A stretch of 60,692 bases of DNA, the filler included, from Sluysia triapertura (lineage: Eukaryota): the NCBI GenBank assembly GCA_046118255.1. It is 4 parts of 4 records of this genome, joined end to end, with 100 filler letters (N's around TTAATTAATTAA, not from the genome) between each part and the next. Parts side by side here need not be neighbours in the genome. Positions count along the whole stretch, not along the records: positions 1 to 14,053 come from JBJNIA010007437.1; positions 14,154 to 30,555 come from JBJNIA010204816.1; 2 more parts are not named here. One strand, written 5' to 3'. Of the stretch, positions 11,633-22,925 are shown in pieces. Positions within the stretch are counted from its first letter, which is position 1, and the number at the start of each line of letters is the position of its first letter. The notes beneath the pieces are model-generated. The model was not told where the DNA came from, ran no database searches, and saw only the letters and a program-made list of their open reading frames with translations. Made by a program: the position numbers and the translations under genes.

Positions 11633-12289
11633 AAATACAAATAAACAATAACCATCTAATTATATTGTAAATGAATTAAATTTTTTATTTTTATTATGAT
11701 TTAATTAGTTCTTTAGAAATTAATTAAATTAATATTGTTTTACATGAAAATGAGTTTAAAGGTATATACCTGTCGGAAAAAATTCCGAAATATTTGTTTA
11801 CATTGTCAAATATTGTAAAAGTAATTGGGTAGTGAGCATTGACTTGCAATTTATGCGAAACCTGAATGTGTTGATCCATTTGCCTTCTATTATACAAATT
11901 CATTTGTTAAATCATCTATCCAAATTGGTACATTTCAATCGATAAAACATTAAAAATGTACTAACATGTTATGTATTTTATGGTTGTATTATCAATATTT
12001 GTGTAAATAATGTTATTTAAACATATTTTAGTATGTTACTTGTCATTTTATTGGTATAAAAATTTTGTTATATATAAATTTTGTTAATAACGAAAACAAA
12101 TTATTAATTAAAGAATTAATTAAAGATTGGTTTAATCCAATTCATGATACATACTAAATGGAATGAAATGAACGAAAAAGATAAAATAGCAGATAAGTAT
12201 TTAATGAAATATGTACATCAATTTTACGGTACCAAGGAAATAAAGCACTTTGCACAGAATACATATTACAATAAGTCAAATTCAAATGT

Positions 12290-13816
12290 GTTATAAAAAT
12301 GACATCAATTTATACATTTGGTTTAGAAACGTATGTGCATGTGGAAAAAACTTATTTTCAGAGTTGAAAATAGTTTTGTATAATGTGATGTGCAACATCA
12401 CATAAAGACAGTATCAAAAATATCAAGTGTATAATTAGTCACCATAACAATCACTGTGCATATTTAAAATGTTTGACATTATTCCTACATAACTTTTTCC
12501 TGACGAAATGATAGTTAGATTAAAAGAAACTAAAAATCAATTAGGGAATATTAGAATCCAGACAGCAGCTAAGGTCAAGTTTAGTAAGGATCATTAAATT
12601 AAAGTAAGCCAATTAAGGTCTACAATAACGATTTTATAAATTTCTAAGAGATTCAATAAATGAAAAAATACAAGTATACTCAAAGTTTGGCAGTAGTTTG
12701 GTTGTAGACTAAAGTTTAGAGTTATTATTCAAATTATTCAAACTTCACATTTTTAAGTAGTAGGTTATATATTAAGACACATGCTCATAGTGTTATTAAT
12801 GTTCAAAATAATGATAATTTATGCGCAAAATATTTGAATGAATTCAGTGATAAAGATTTTAAAGCTTTATTTAATATATCTAAATTTGAACGATTAAATA
12901 ACTTACATATAAATTTAATGATATTGATGAATGCTATTTTTAAATATCGATTTATTGATATATTACATAGAAATAAGTGTAATAGTGAACAATAATTTCC
13001 ATTAAGTTGCAATCAAGGACTTAAAAAAATTTCTTAATATAAATATGAGGAAATTTTTGTAAGAATAAAGTGCAAGTGGTGTAGAAAGTATTTAATAATC
13101 ACATTAAGTTATGTAAAAAGAATTAATAATAAATGTGAATTTACTTATTAGAGTAAATCAGTATCACCAGTACTTGTTACTTACGCAGATTTTGAATCTG
13201 CATTATCATCAGACAAATCATATCAACAAACATATGACCAATGGTTACAAATTTATTATTAAAAAGCTCAAAAATGGAATACTATAGTTTCGATGGTGAT
13301 AAATGTGTGATACGTTTTTTAAATAAGATTGAAGAACTTGTTCATAATACAGTTATACCTTATTACCAAGATTAAAAAGAAATGAATTTAACTATTTATG
13401 AAAAAGTTCAGTTTAATAATACAAAATCATGTTATTTGTGTAAAAACCAGCAAATAAACATCATGTTAAATATCATGACCATTTTAATGGTAAATATTTA
13501 TGCGCCTCTCGTAATAAATGTAATTTAGGTATAAAAATTCGTCCGACTTTACGTAGATATAACATTCATCCTACATTAAAATATGGATTGAGTGAATTAT
13601 AAATTGGGAAAAAACTTGTATACCACAAAGTTCAGAAAAGTTTCAAGACATATTTGCTTATACTAAATCATTAATAAATTTTTCAATTAAATTTATAAAT
13701 AATTTTTAATTTTTACTAAGTAGTTTAGCAAATTTAACCAGTAAATTTAACCAGACATTGTCATTAATTAGTAATGTATTTTCAAATACTGCAGCTAAAT
13801 CAAAAGGTATTTTCCA
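12290..13816 (+). mobile_element. Polinton-type protein-primed DNA polymerase B pseudogene (N-terminal/exonuclease part)
   Basis: VTYADFES (YADFE 13182-13196), CYLCK..VKYHDHFNGKYL....NKCNL (endonuclease VII-like insert, ~13430-13527), CIPQSSEKF, IKFINNF*FLLSSLANL, KGIF(P) at 13803. Cys/His-rich segments upstream; 5' limit uncertain. Confidence 0.85.
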
Positions 13817-14053
13817 TGTCATGTGGCTACTTCAATTTATGTATTACAAAATATTAAATCATTATCTAGAAAATGATATTGTTGGGATTGCCCACCTGTA
13901 GATCAGGAGATGAGTAAGAAACATATAGAACTATAAAATCGAGGATTGATGGAATGAACATTATAAACATTGTTGCAATAAGAATCATGATAAAGAAAAC
14001 ATTTATAATGATCCTAACAGCTAAAGAATATCTTAAGGTTCCAAAGACCTATA

Positions 14054-14153
14054 NNNNNNNNNNNNNNNNNNNNNNNNNNNNNNNNNNNNNNNNNNNNTTA
14101 ATTAATTAANNNNNNNNNNNNNNNNNNNNNNNNNNNNNNNNNNNNNNNNNNNN
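14054..14153. other. Assembly gap with TTAATTAATTAA linker
   Basis: 44 N + TTAATTAATTAA + 44 N; the same structure at 30556-30655 and 48004-48103. Confidence 0.95.
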
Positions 14154-14559
14154 TTTATCTTTATTTAATTTTTATAATTTTTATTTAATTTATATTTTAA
14201 TTATAGTAATAATAATATTTATAAAATAGCACATACGTAAAAACATAATTAAAAATAATTTACATCTTTACAATTGCAATGCAGGTGGAGAATTGGTTGG
14301 AGTTTTATTAGATGGAAAATATGGATTTCGAGTTGCTTGAAAGTGCGGGTTCTGAGAGAATGGTACTTTCATTTTCAAGATCTCCTAATTTTACATCAGA
14401 AATAGAAGAAGAAAGATTGATAATCAAGATAAAATAAATAATAATGATTTTTATATATTATATAAAATATGTTATATATTACATATTATATAATATATTA
14501 TTATATATTTTAAAACAATGATGTTGATTTTGTAGTGTTATTATATGACAATCATGTTA

Positions 14560-14747
14560 TATATAAATAAGGTAATAATTATTATATATTTTAATACGAT
14601 TGGAATTGTAATAATAATAGCTATAGTTCATGATAATTATGTACAATGATTAGATTTGTTTTTTGAATGAGTTTGTTTAATGTTCTGTGTATGTATGAGG
14701 TGTTTTTATGTGATGGGGCATCGATATTTTGATGTGACTTCCCTACA
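14560..14747 (-). repeat. G-poor LTR-like repeat
   Basis: Minus strand starts TGTAGGGAAGTCAC; aligns with 54430-54606. Confidence 0.65.
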
Positions 14748-14842
14748 ATGTTATATGTCGTTAGAACTCAGTTAAAATTTGACGTTATCTATTAACTAAT
14801 ATTGGTCCCAATTCAGACGCCAAATTTTTCTGTGGTATTTCC

Positions 14843-14980
14843 AACACTTAACCTACGGTAAAATATTTTTGAGCAGGGTTCGCTTAGAATAAACGTCTTA
14901 TGTCGTGAAGAAGGCGTCTCTGTTATTGTATAAGATAATATTTTATCTAAATAGTAATGCTTCTTAATTAGGGTCTTATT
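14843..14980 (+). repeat. Interspersed repeat, possible LTR 3' part
   Basis: AACACTTAACCTACGGTAAAATATTTTT...GGGTCTTA shared with 42881-43029. Confidence 0.6.
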
Positions 14981-15218
14981 AAATGTTCGCTTATATAAAT
15001 TGTTTTACTTTACGTAATCTTTACTAAAACAAGTTAACTACCTTCTAAAGCCAATGAATTCACAAATGCAATATTTATAAAGAATAATTTATACAAAATT
15101 AATTATCAAAAAATACTAATAAAAATAAATTTTAAGAAAGAGTAAAAATTAAAAATTTTAATTAAAACCACCAAAATTTTTAATTATTCTTTTTATAAAA
15201 TAAGTTTTTGTGATTTTG

Positions 15219-15615
15219 CCCTCAATATATCGAAAAAACTTAATATATACATGGAATGGAAAGCGGGTTCTTAACGAATACAAATTGAATTTTGCTGCGA
15301 TAAGTTACCAAAAATTATATATTGTTGGAAAAAGCAGCGAGAGGAAAAATAAGATGGCGACTAAAATTGATTGTAACAAGTTGTGAAAATTCAGAATGAC
15401 AATTCTCATTAAACTGATGCTAGTTTTAATACTAGTCATCATCCATTGGGAATCGATAGAATGTTTTAGAACATTTTAGACATTTATATTCTGTTTTAGA
15501 AGCGAATTTTCTTTTTTCGAAACATAATTTCTTTTTTGGAAAAGTAAAATTTTTAAGTTATTTTGAAGATTTTAAAATATTTTAAAATGATTTTAGAGGG
15601 TGATGAAAACCTAAC
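15219..15615 (+). mobile_element. Hairpin-bearing non-autonomous repeat family H, copy 1
   Basis: CCCTCAATATATCG start, AAGATGGCG, internal stem TGATGCTAGT/ACTAGTCATCA, end GGGTGATGAAAACCTAAC; homologous to 29511-29882, 36297-36524 and 43230-43694. Confidence 0.75.
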
Positions 15616-15965
15616 CGATTTCCATACCTGCATTATCAAACATCAACTTCAAAAAATCGCAAAATTATAAAATTTTTTTATACAAATGTAAACCATTACT
15701 TTCACTACTTTGACACTGTCAGAATTTAACTTTTATAAACATTTTAATCGCGATTGTCATCATATTATCGTTATCGTCCTTATACCTTTCTATTACTTTC
15801 GTTCAAACCTTGTATTTTTGGTACAAAATGTTTAATTATGTCGGTTCGATTTATAATTCGTACGGTGAAAATAATAAATTGTTTCACATCCAAGAATGTA
15901 GTGCTTCTATATGTGAATGTGATGCACAAAAACAATTAGAAGTTCCAAAAGGAATGGACATAAAT

Positions 15966-16058
15966 GTGTTTGGGTACAGGCCTAAAGTGCCATGTAGAAT
16001 TATGATAGTAATATTGACTATACTAAAATAAAATTGTTAAACAGTGCTGATAACTCAA
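15966..16058 (+). tRNA. Target cassette flank plus degenerate tRNA 5' half (copy B)
   Basis: Flank nearly identical to 2731-2804; GTGCTGATAACTCA at 16044-16057. Confidence 0.7.
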
Positions 16059-16770
16059 GTCTCTCTTGACACCTTCATGTTGGAGCCTTAGGATCATGGG
16101 AATCTGAGAATGACAAGTTGCTCCGCAAACTTGGATTCCACGAGAATGAAATCAAACCGTTGGTAAATGAGTGTACGAAACTAGCCCTGGAATCCTCCAA
16201 CAACGCCTACAGAGACCATATATTAAAATATCACCAGCCTTAATTTAATATTAAAAAAATGAATGATGATGGCATAATTCCATTGTGAAATAATATACTA
16301 AAAATAATATTCTTGCCTATTAATTAAAAAAATATGACATAAATTCATAATAATATGAATGTAAATATAAACCATTAGACTAATTAAGATGGAAAGTCTG
16401 TAGCAAAGCACTTAAATACTACAGTGTAGAAAAGAAAAGCTAAACAAGAACATATAAAACCATAGTGAAGATTAAAAGACTATAGTCGTAATCTAACACT
16501 ATAGTAAAGAATAAGACTGTAGTGAAGCTTCGTACGTCCACAGCGAAGACCATACTACGGCGATATCTTATATATAAGACCATAATGTAGACTAATAGTC
16601 TGAAGTGAAACACTACAAATCTAGAGAGAAGGCCGAAAGACTATGGTGAAACATAATACAAGTCTATGGACGCATCTCTTATGTATCCTATAGTGAAGAT
16701 GAAGAAAGAAACCTTCCTTCTCTGAACATGGAAAAGTTAATAATATTATTGTTAATACACGTTTATCTTG
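16059..16770 (+). mobile_element. 5'-truncated NeSL/Utopia-like RLE retrotransposon (copy B)
   Basis: VSLDTF.VGALGSWESENDKLLRKLGFHENEIKPLVNECTKLALESSNNAYRDHILKYHQP*, stop at 16241-16243; terminal block ACCTTCCTTCTCT..TAATACACGT shared with copy C. Confidence 0.9.
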
Positions 16771-16834
16771 CATCGAACTGTGCAGCGAGAAAGTCCAGGT
16801 TCGATTCCCTGTCAGCCCATTTTATGAAGTCTAA
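16771..16834 (+). tRNA. 3' half of tRNA-Ala-like gene (copy B)
   Basis: CATCGAACTGTGCAGCGAG..GGTTCGATTCC (B box) CTG TCAGCCC A TTTT ATGAAGTCTAA; TCAGCCC pairs perfectly with GGGCTGA. Confidence 0.8.
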
Positions 16835-17079
16835 TAAATGCAATTGTGTATTTATTTGACTTAGTGATATGGTAGAATCGCTTTTTAAACGCTTCGACTA
16901 ATTTAATTTTTTGTACTGCATATTTCTGAAAAGTTTTTATTTGACGTTATTGAATCGAATTAGATAAGTGCCTTAAGCACAATGAATGTTCCATAATGAA
17001 TGTAATAATAAAGTTTTTGATGAAGATGATAAGAAATAATTAATAAAGAAATTAATTAATAAAATAAATAGGAATAGAT

Positions 17080-17400
17080 TATCAAATCACTTCACGCTAA
17101 AATCAAAACTCTCAGACTAATCAAATTGGCATATTTTTAAATGCGCATTAGTATTTTCTTTTGCATAGTGATGGTATAACCGCAATCGTCATCCTTACTT
17201 TATCTATGCATATTTTAATATCAGCTAAAATTATCATCAAATTTGAATTTAGAGCATTCACATTTAAGAAGATTAAAAATAACATACTAACAACTTGCAT
17301 AAAGTAATGATTTTAACATCACTTTTTTGAATTCATTTAACTTCCAGTCATTCACATTTTCTAAAGAAAACCTTTTAAGGTTCATACTTTCAAACAGATC
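17080..17400 (-). mobile_element. Degenerate CR1-like reverse transcriptase remnant
   Basis: LFLIFLN...LMIILADIKI...MQ..I..YAN resembles the LFLIFINDL / FADD region. Confidence 0.35.
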
Positions 17401-18677
17401 ATTCTACACATTTCAAATTCATTTCTAGATTCGTCTCTTTTACAGCAATCATTTCATATTCAATTTATTATATTTTTATCATTCTAAATATAAAAAATTT
17501 ATTATTTTAGAAATGTATTAATTAAAATTTCGCTTTTCTCAATGTTGTATAAACTTGTTCGCTTTCATTGTATGAAATCCTCCAAACCACACGTTTATCG
17601 AAAGATCTTACTAAGCAACTCATGCATATTCAATTTTATTATAGCACATCGAATTCAAAGGTTATTTATAATGTTGAAATCTAATAACTTATGAATAACT
17701 TATGATAAATTAACTTTGAAGATCTAATAACTTTTAATAAATTAACTTTAATTTATTTAATTAACTTTATGTATTTATGTTTTATTTTATTATTTATTTC
17801 AATTATCTTAATTTCTATATTAATTATTATAATACTATTTTTACAAACTAAATTAAATATATTAAATTAATTACTGTTTTATAAATTAGATAAAATCGAA
17901 ATAAATTCAAACTAATTTAATAGAGAAAATAAATTAAAATAAAAAATTTTACATTTATTTATTTTTTTTTGTTTAAATAAATCATTTTAAAGAAAATTCA
18001 AAAGAAAAACAAATATGGCGGCTGAAAGTTTAGTATATAATTACTGAATTTTTAGCATCCGTATTAATGCTAAAATTCTAATCTTCATATGCTAAATTAA
18101 AGATCCACGAAAGTGAGAATGTTTTTCTTTGAGTTTATGGTTCTTCACCATAACTGGGAGAATTTAAAAGTTACTCAAAATCAAGTCATTTGTCTTGGAC
18201 CGTAAAAAGGCTAAGTCAACTTAAATATAGAATCATTCCGCTAAAGAAATTTAAGCGGTAAAATCATTATTATTATACTTAATATTTTTTCTTTTGTTTA
18301 AGCAATTTTAAAATCTTTGTTTTAAGCACAAATAAATTACATGAGTCATCATTGTGCTATTTTAAAATTTAAATTTAATTCATATTTTGCTTGCAATTGG
18401 CTGACACTTTCAGAAGTATGTTGGAATTAAGATTATATCATCGTATTTTTTTCATAATTTTCCCACGTAAACTCCGGTGGTGGCATTACTTAAATGTCAT
18501 TTGCATCAACTGATGCCCTTGGTCTTTCTAGTGTAATTGTCCAACTTAGCAGAATAATAATCGGAGAATAATTTTTAGCAATAAGTTTTATAAATATTAG
18601 ATTGAATACTGTGTTGACAGCTTTTGTAGAATTTATTAAAATTAAACAGTCACAATTTTAATGTAGGGGATAAAATA

Positions 18678-18890
18678 GCGACAAACCCCGTATAAGGCGC
18701 AAATTTACAACTTACAATAAACTTTTAATGTTATTTTCGTCGACAATTAAACTAGTTGTGCTGTTCTATGTTTGTATGTTTATGTTCGCTATGTATTCAG
18801 TTACAATTCTTATAATGAAACAGTCCGAAAATAGCACGAATTCCTATAACGCGATATGTAACTATCGCGTCATATGGGGGATAAACTGTA
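18678..18890. mobile_element. Tigger-like MITE
   Basis: Imperfect TIRs ACAAACCCCGTATAAGGCG / CGCGTCATATGGGGGATAAACTG|TA; internal TATAACGCG repeat. Confidence 0.5.
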
Positions 18891-19869
18891 TTTAAAAGTA
18901 ATAAACCGAAAAATACTTATTACAACAGCAAAATAGATGATTTAGAATAATGCTGTATTAGCGGCTAGTTGACCAACATCGAGTTTAGATAATTTGGTAA
19001 CCACATGCATGTATCTGCCAATAGAAATACCATTTCGGGTTTAATAACATTAATACAGTTTATGATAACACTCATAAATATTGCAATCCGAAAACATTAA
19101 CATTAAACAGATGGATGAAAATCAACCATAATTTGATGTAACTCGGAACCCAATACTATTATTATTCTCTATTATATAAGTGATTGTGAACAAGTTAAAT
19201 AAAACATAATTCGTACAAAATTATCTGATGATAATTGTCAGTAGAAAATTTTGTATAAGTAATATATTTCATACTAATATTTAATAAAATGAGGCAAATA
19301 TTTATTAACAAAAACAATGATATACACAAAGCATCAATCTAATCTTTTCTTCCTTTGTTTACTTCAGCATTTTCATTAAATTCACTGATAAATTCTTGCG
19401 TAAAATTGATAACAAACTAATGTCGGAAATGTCAAAAATAATATACTTCTATAAATAATAAAAAGGAAAATAAAAAAGCCATAAATGATATGTGTTAAAA
19501 ATAACAAAGATAAAGTCAAATCTAAAGAAGTCATGTTTCGATAAAGCGCACTTAAGTCATATTTCCAATATCGATGGATCCAGTTCGATAATCCGACTAA
19601 TCATTTTATCGGAGTATTGTCGCAGTTTGAGATTACTGTCCATTTCACGGAGAATAAATTCGATAAGCTAATTTAAATTATAAAATTGTTTATCTAATAT
19701 TAGTAGTAGTATAAATTAACACAATACATCTCAAATAAAATTATGCATGAAATAAAACATAGAAAATATAAAGTAATTAAAACTATTAACATTAGTTATA
19801 AATTTCAAAATAAATACAACTAAATTTATCTGAATGTTTCATAAAAAGAATATTAAGTATTGAATATAT

Positions 19870-20040
19870 CTTAGAAATAATAAACAATTGGAAACCAAGA
19901 TGAATATTTCATTGAGACAATAATAATCTATACAGAATCCACAGTGATAACAAGCTAGATGATAGGTTGTATACCGTTTATGTTTCAAAAATATACAACT
20001 AGTTACCAGAGAATGTTAAATTAATGGAAGATTATAAAAT
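19870..20040 (+). mobile_element. CR1/L2-type LINE 3' remnant
   Basis: VSKIYN*LPENVKLMEDYK; DNA match to 1-35. Confidence 0.55.
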
Positions 20041-20049
20041 GCTGACAAT

Positions 20050-20280
20050 AATAAACATATTTCATCACGAATCAACACTTCTTACATAGACAAATTGCTA
20101 AACACATTACTCGATACAATCAAAACATAAACACAGCCATAATTATTACAATTATGGAATTATTTTTATCATAATTATTATCGCGATTTATAACAGAATT
20201 TGCGCTCGATTTATTGTATTTGTGTACATTATATTCCTATTGTTTTATCTTTATTTTCTTTAACAAATTTGTTATAATAA
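20050..20280 (+). repeat. G-poor LTR-like repeat
   Basis: Aligns with 5045-5260. Confidence 0.6.
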
Positions 20281-20699
20281 CTATTACTGCTTCTGGGCAT
20301 TAATTTTGTCTGGAATTTGAATGAAAATTACAACAAAACGTTAAAGCTTTCAACATGTATAAAGGACTTCATAATACTTCATAAAATCTGTGGTTAGACC
20401 TTAACAATATCGTTACTAAAACGTATAATATTTAACTCTTTGTAAAACCTAACTTATATTACCTATGTACCGAGTATTATCACTCTGGGCACCAAATTGT
20501 TGCTTTAAAATTATCTCTATTTGTAATTGACTTTGAGTGTGTAAGGACCTTTTACCGATTCATTCGTCTATTACTATCTCTATTAGTCCCAATTTTTAAG
20601 TGTAATTAATTTTGTAAATTTAAAATTCAAACTTTCTCTCTTTTAATCAAAATAATTCAAATAGAACGAAATTTTATCTACTACAAATTATAACTATTA

Positions 20700-20880
20700 G
20701 AATATTATTTATAAAACTTTAGATAGTAATACATTCTGCATAGTTAGTACCTTCTGTAATTACAGTTATTCTCAAAGAAATTCTGTTAATAAATAGATTA
20801 AATTTGGACCAGTTCTTAATTTTTTATTGTTACTGTTATTGACCATTGAAATGACTATCCTAACTTAGAATCTTATGTAG
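20700..20880 (-). mobile_element. BEL/Pao reverse transcriptase remnant
   Basis: SKL(R)IV...KKLRTGPNLIYLLTEFL (LRTGPNL at 20819-20799). Confidence 0.45.
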
Positions 20881-21563
20881 GTGTACAATACACCGCATAT
20901 GTTTAATTTAATTTATCTTATAATTAATTTATTTATTTTAAATTAAACATTTGAATTAGATTTTTTTAACCAATCATTTGTATTTGTGTTAATATAAACT
21001 TTAAATATACATATGTAATTTATTACAAACAATTATAAATGTTTTAATAAATCTTTTTAATTAATTATTTCTGATTATCACAAATCAATTAGTTTAATTA
21101 ATTATAAATTTTTTACACATACTTAATATCAAAAAATCGATACTCGCAGAATTTTTCGATATACGACAAACCAATCTAAAAACACCGTAATAGATTTAAT
21201 ACAAGAAAGATAATATATTATTTTTACCCCGCGACCTAATAAAATTTTTTATTACATAAAGGAATGCTAAGAAATAAATTAATTTTTTTGTATGTAGTTT
21301 ATATTTAATTATAATATATTATATTAAGACGCTACCCATAAAAAATTTAACGCGGACCCTGTATTAGATTATTGCCATTGAAATATTTTAGTCATATTTT
21401 CTTTAGTTTTGAATAAGGATGTTAATTTTGATCAATTCGGTTCAATGTTCGATTTTTTGCTTCAATTGTTATAAGAATAAGTTGTGATAGATTAAATTTT
21501 CGATTTATTTTCACATTATAATTAATTTTTGTTAAACTATTACCTATTTAAAACAGTATTAAA

Positions 21564-22349
21564 ATGGATACAATCGATAGCATTCTTAATAAATTTATTG
21601 TTGATGATTGTTCAATTTGTTTTAAAGATTTTGACTCAATAATGAACGACGAAATTGTAAATATTATCGTTACAGATTGTGGACACAGATTTTGTTTTAC
21701 TTGTTTCCTTTCATGGCATAATTCAGATATATATCGATTTAAGTGCTCAATATGTCGAAAACCAATTTTCAAAGCATACATTAGTAAAACCAATGTAAAT
21801 ATTCAATCAAAGAATTGTGAAGAAATAACAGTAATGAATGAAAATGTTTATCAAATGTGCTATTTAAATCATGATTGGTTTAACGATTACTGTTTAAATT
21901 TATTAAATACTTTTCAAAAAGCACAATTATTATTTTCTTCTAATATCACAATTGCCAGTGAACTTCTATCTCTATTGAACAATCAATCAGATTCGGATAG
22001 CGAACGAAATTTGATTATTGACTCAAAAGTTAAATTTATTCTCAATACTAATGATAATTTGAAAATAATAATAAATTCCGGTATTTTCAATTATGAAAAT
22101 GAAATGGAATTCTTGCAATCTATTTCAACGAAAGAATTTAACGATGAGGAATTTTCAGCAAAAGTTGATGAGTTGAAAAAAGAATTTTTTATTGTATTTC
22201 AAAATAACATTATTCTAACAAAATCAAAACCGATTAATTTTGTAATCATAAATACTGAATCAGTGACAGAATTCTTAGATACAACGAGCAATTTTTACAA
22301 TACTTTTGGATCTATAATAAACTTTCTATTTAGTGTATTGTATGATTAA
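21564..22349 (+). CDS. C3HC4 RING-finger protein (putative E3 ligase), single exon, 261 aa
   Basis: CSIC-x19-CGHRFCFTC-x13-CSICR at the N-terminus of a long uninterrupted ORF. Confidence 0.8.
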   Translation: MDTIDSILNKFIVDDCSICFKDFDSIMNDEIVNIIVTDCGHRFCFTCFLSWHNSDIYRFKCSICRKPIFKAYISKTNVNIQSKNCEEITVMNENVYQMCYLNHDWFNDYCLNLLNTFQKAQLLFSSNITIASELLSLLNNQSDSDSERNLIIDSKVKFILNTNDNLKIIINSGIFNYENEMEFLQSISTKEFNDEEFSAKVDELKKEFFIVFQNNIILTKSKPINFVIINTESVTEFLDTTSNFYNTFGSIINFLFSVLYD

Positions 22350-22407
22350 ATTTTACTTAATTAATATATATTGAATTTTGGTTGATATCTTTGATAATAA
22401 TTTAATG

Positions 22408-22925
22408 CCAGGACAAAATCTAGGGTTTCTGAGTGGCTCGGGCAAAACAAAATTTAGTACCCTTTCAAAAAAGAATATACAAATTTACTGCGAATTAAAA
22501 AAAGGCAAAAAATCAAATTACACAATAAAGAATTGTGTAAAAAAATAGTTATTTACTTACAAGTAATACAACATATGGAATAATGTAATGAGCGCATTTG
22601 AAGTTTGAGCGACTAAGAGAGAACTTTGAAAAGTAAGTTATGCTATTCATGTTGCATATGTGTGACATACAAGATTTTTTATAATGCTATTTGTCAAAAA
22701 TTCAATAACATAGTTAATTAAATTAATTTTTTTTTGAAAATCAGTTTGTAAACATTTTACAATATTAAAATAATTAGCGCGTTGGTATTATTAAAGAAAA
22801 AACTCTATTGCATCCAAAAAACATTGATGTCTCATGAAAAATGATCGATTTTAATTTAAAAATCTAAAAAAATTATTTTATTTTTATATCAGCGCCCCGG
22901 GCAGTTGCTCGGTCTCCCCACGTTG
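22408..22925. mobile_element. hAT-like non-autonomous element
   Basis: GC-rich ends CAGGAC..TCTAGGG..GCTCGGGCAAA and GCGCCCCGGGCAGTTGCTCGGTCTCCCC around an AT-rich interior. Confidence 0.45.

Noticed and set aside
14098-14109. TTAATTAATTAA islands inside N runs (also 30600 and 48048)
   Set aside because: Identical 44N-12nt-44N structure three times; a scaffolding linker with stops in all frames, not biology.
15810-16031. ORF with ICECD (phospholipase A2-like) motif
   Set aside because: No other PLA2 motifs; its 3' part is the non-coding tRNA cassette flank.
16400-16700. Repeat-spacer-like pattern suggesting CRISPR
   Set aside because: Repeats are short and degenerate with irregular spacing, there are no cas genes, and the context is eukaryotic.
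19545-19606. tRNA-like GTTCGA segment (also GGTTCAAACC at ~51455)
   Set aside because: No acceptor or anticodon stems can be formed.
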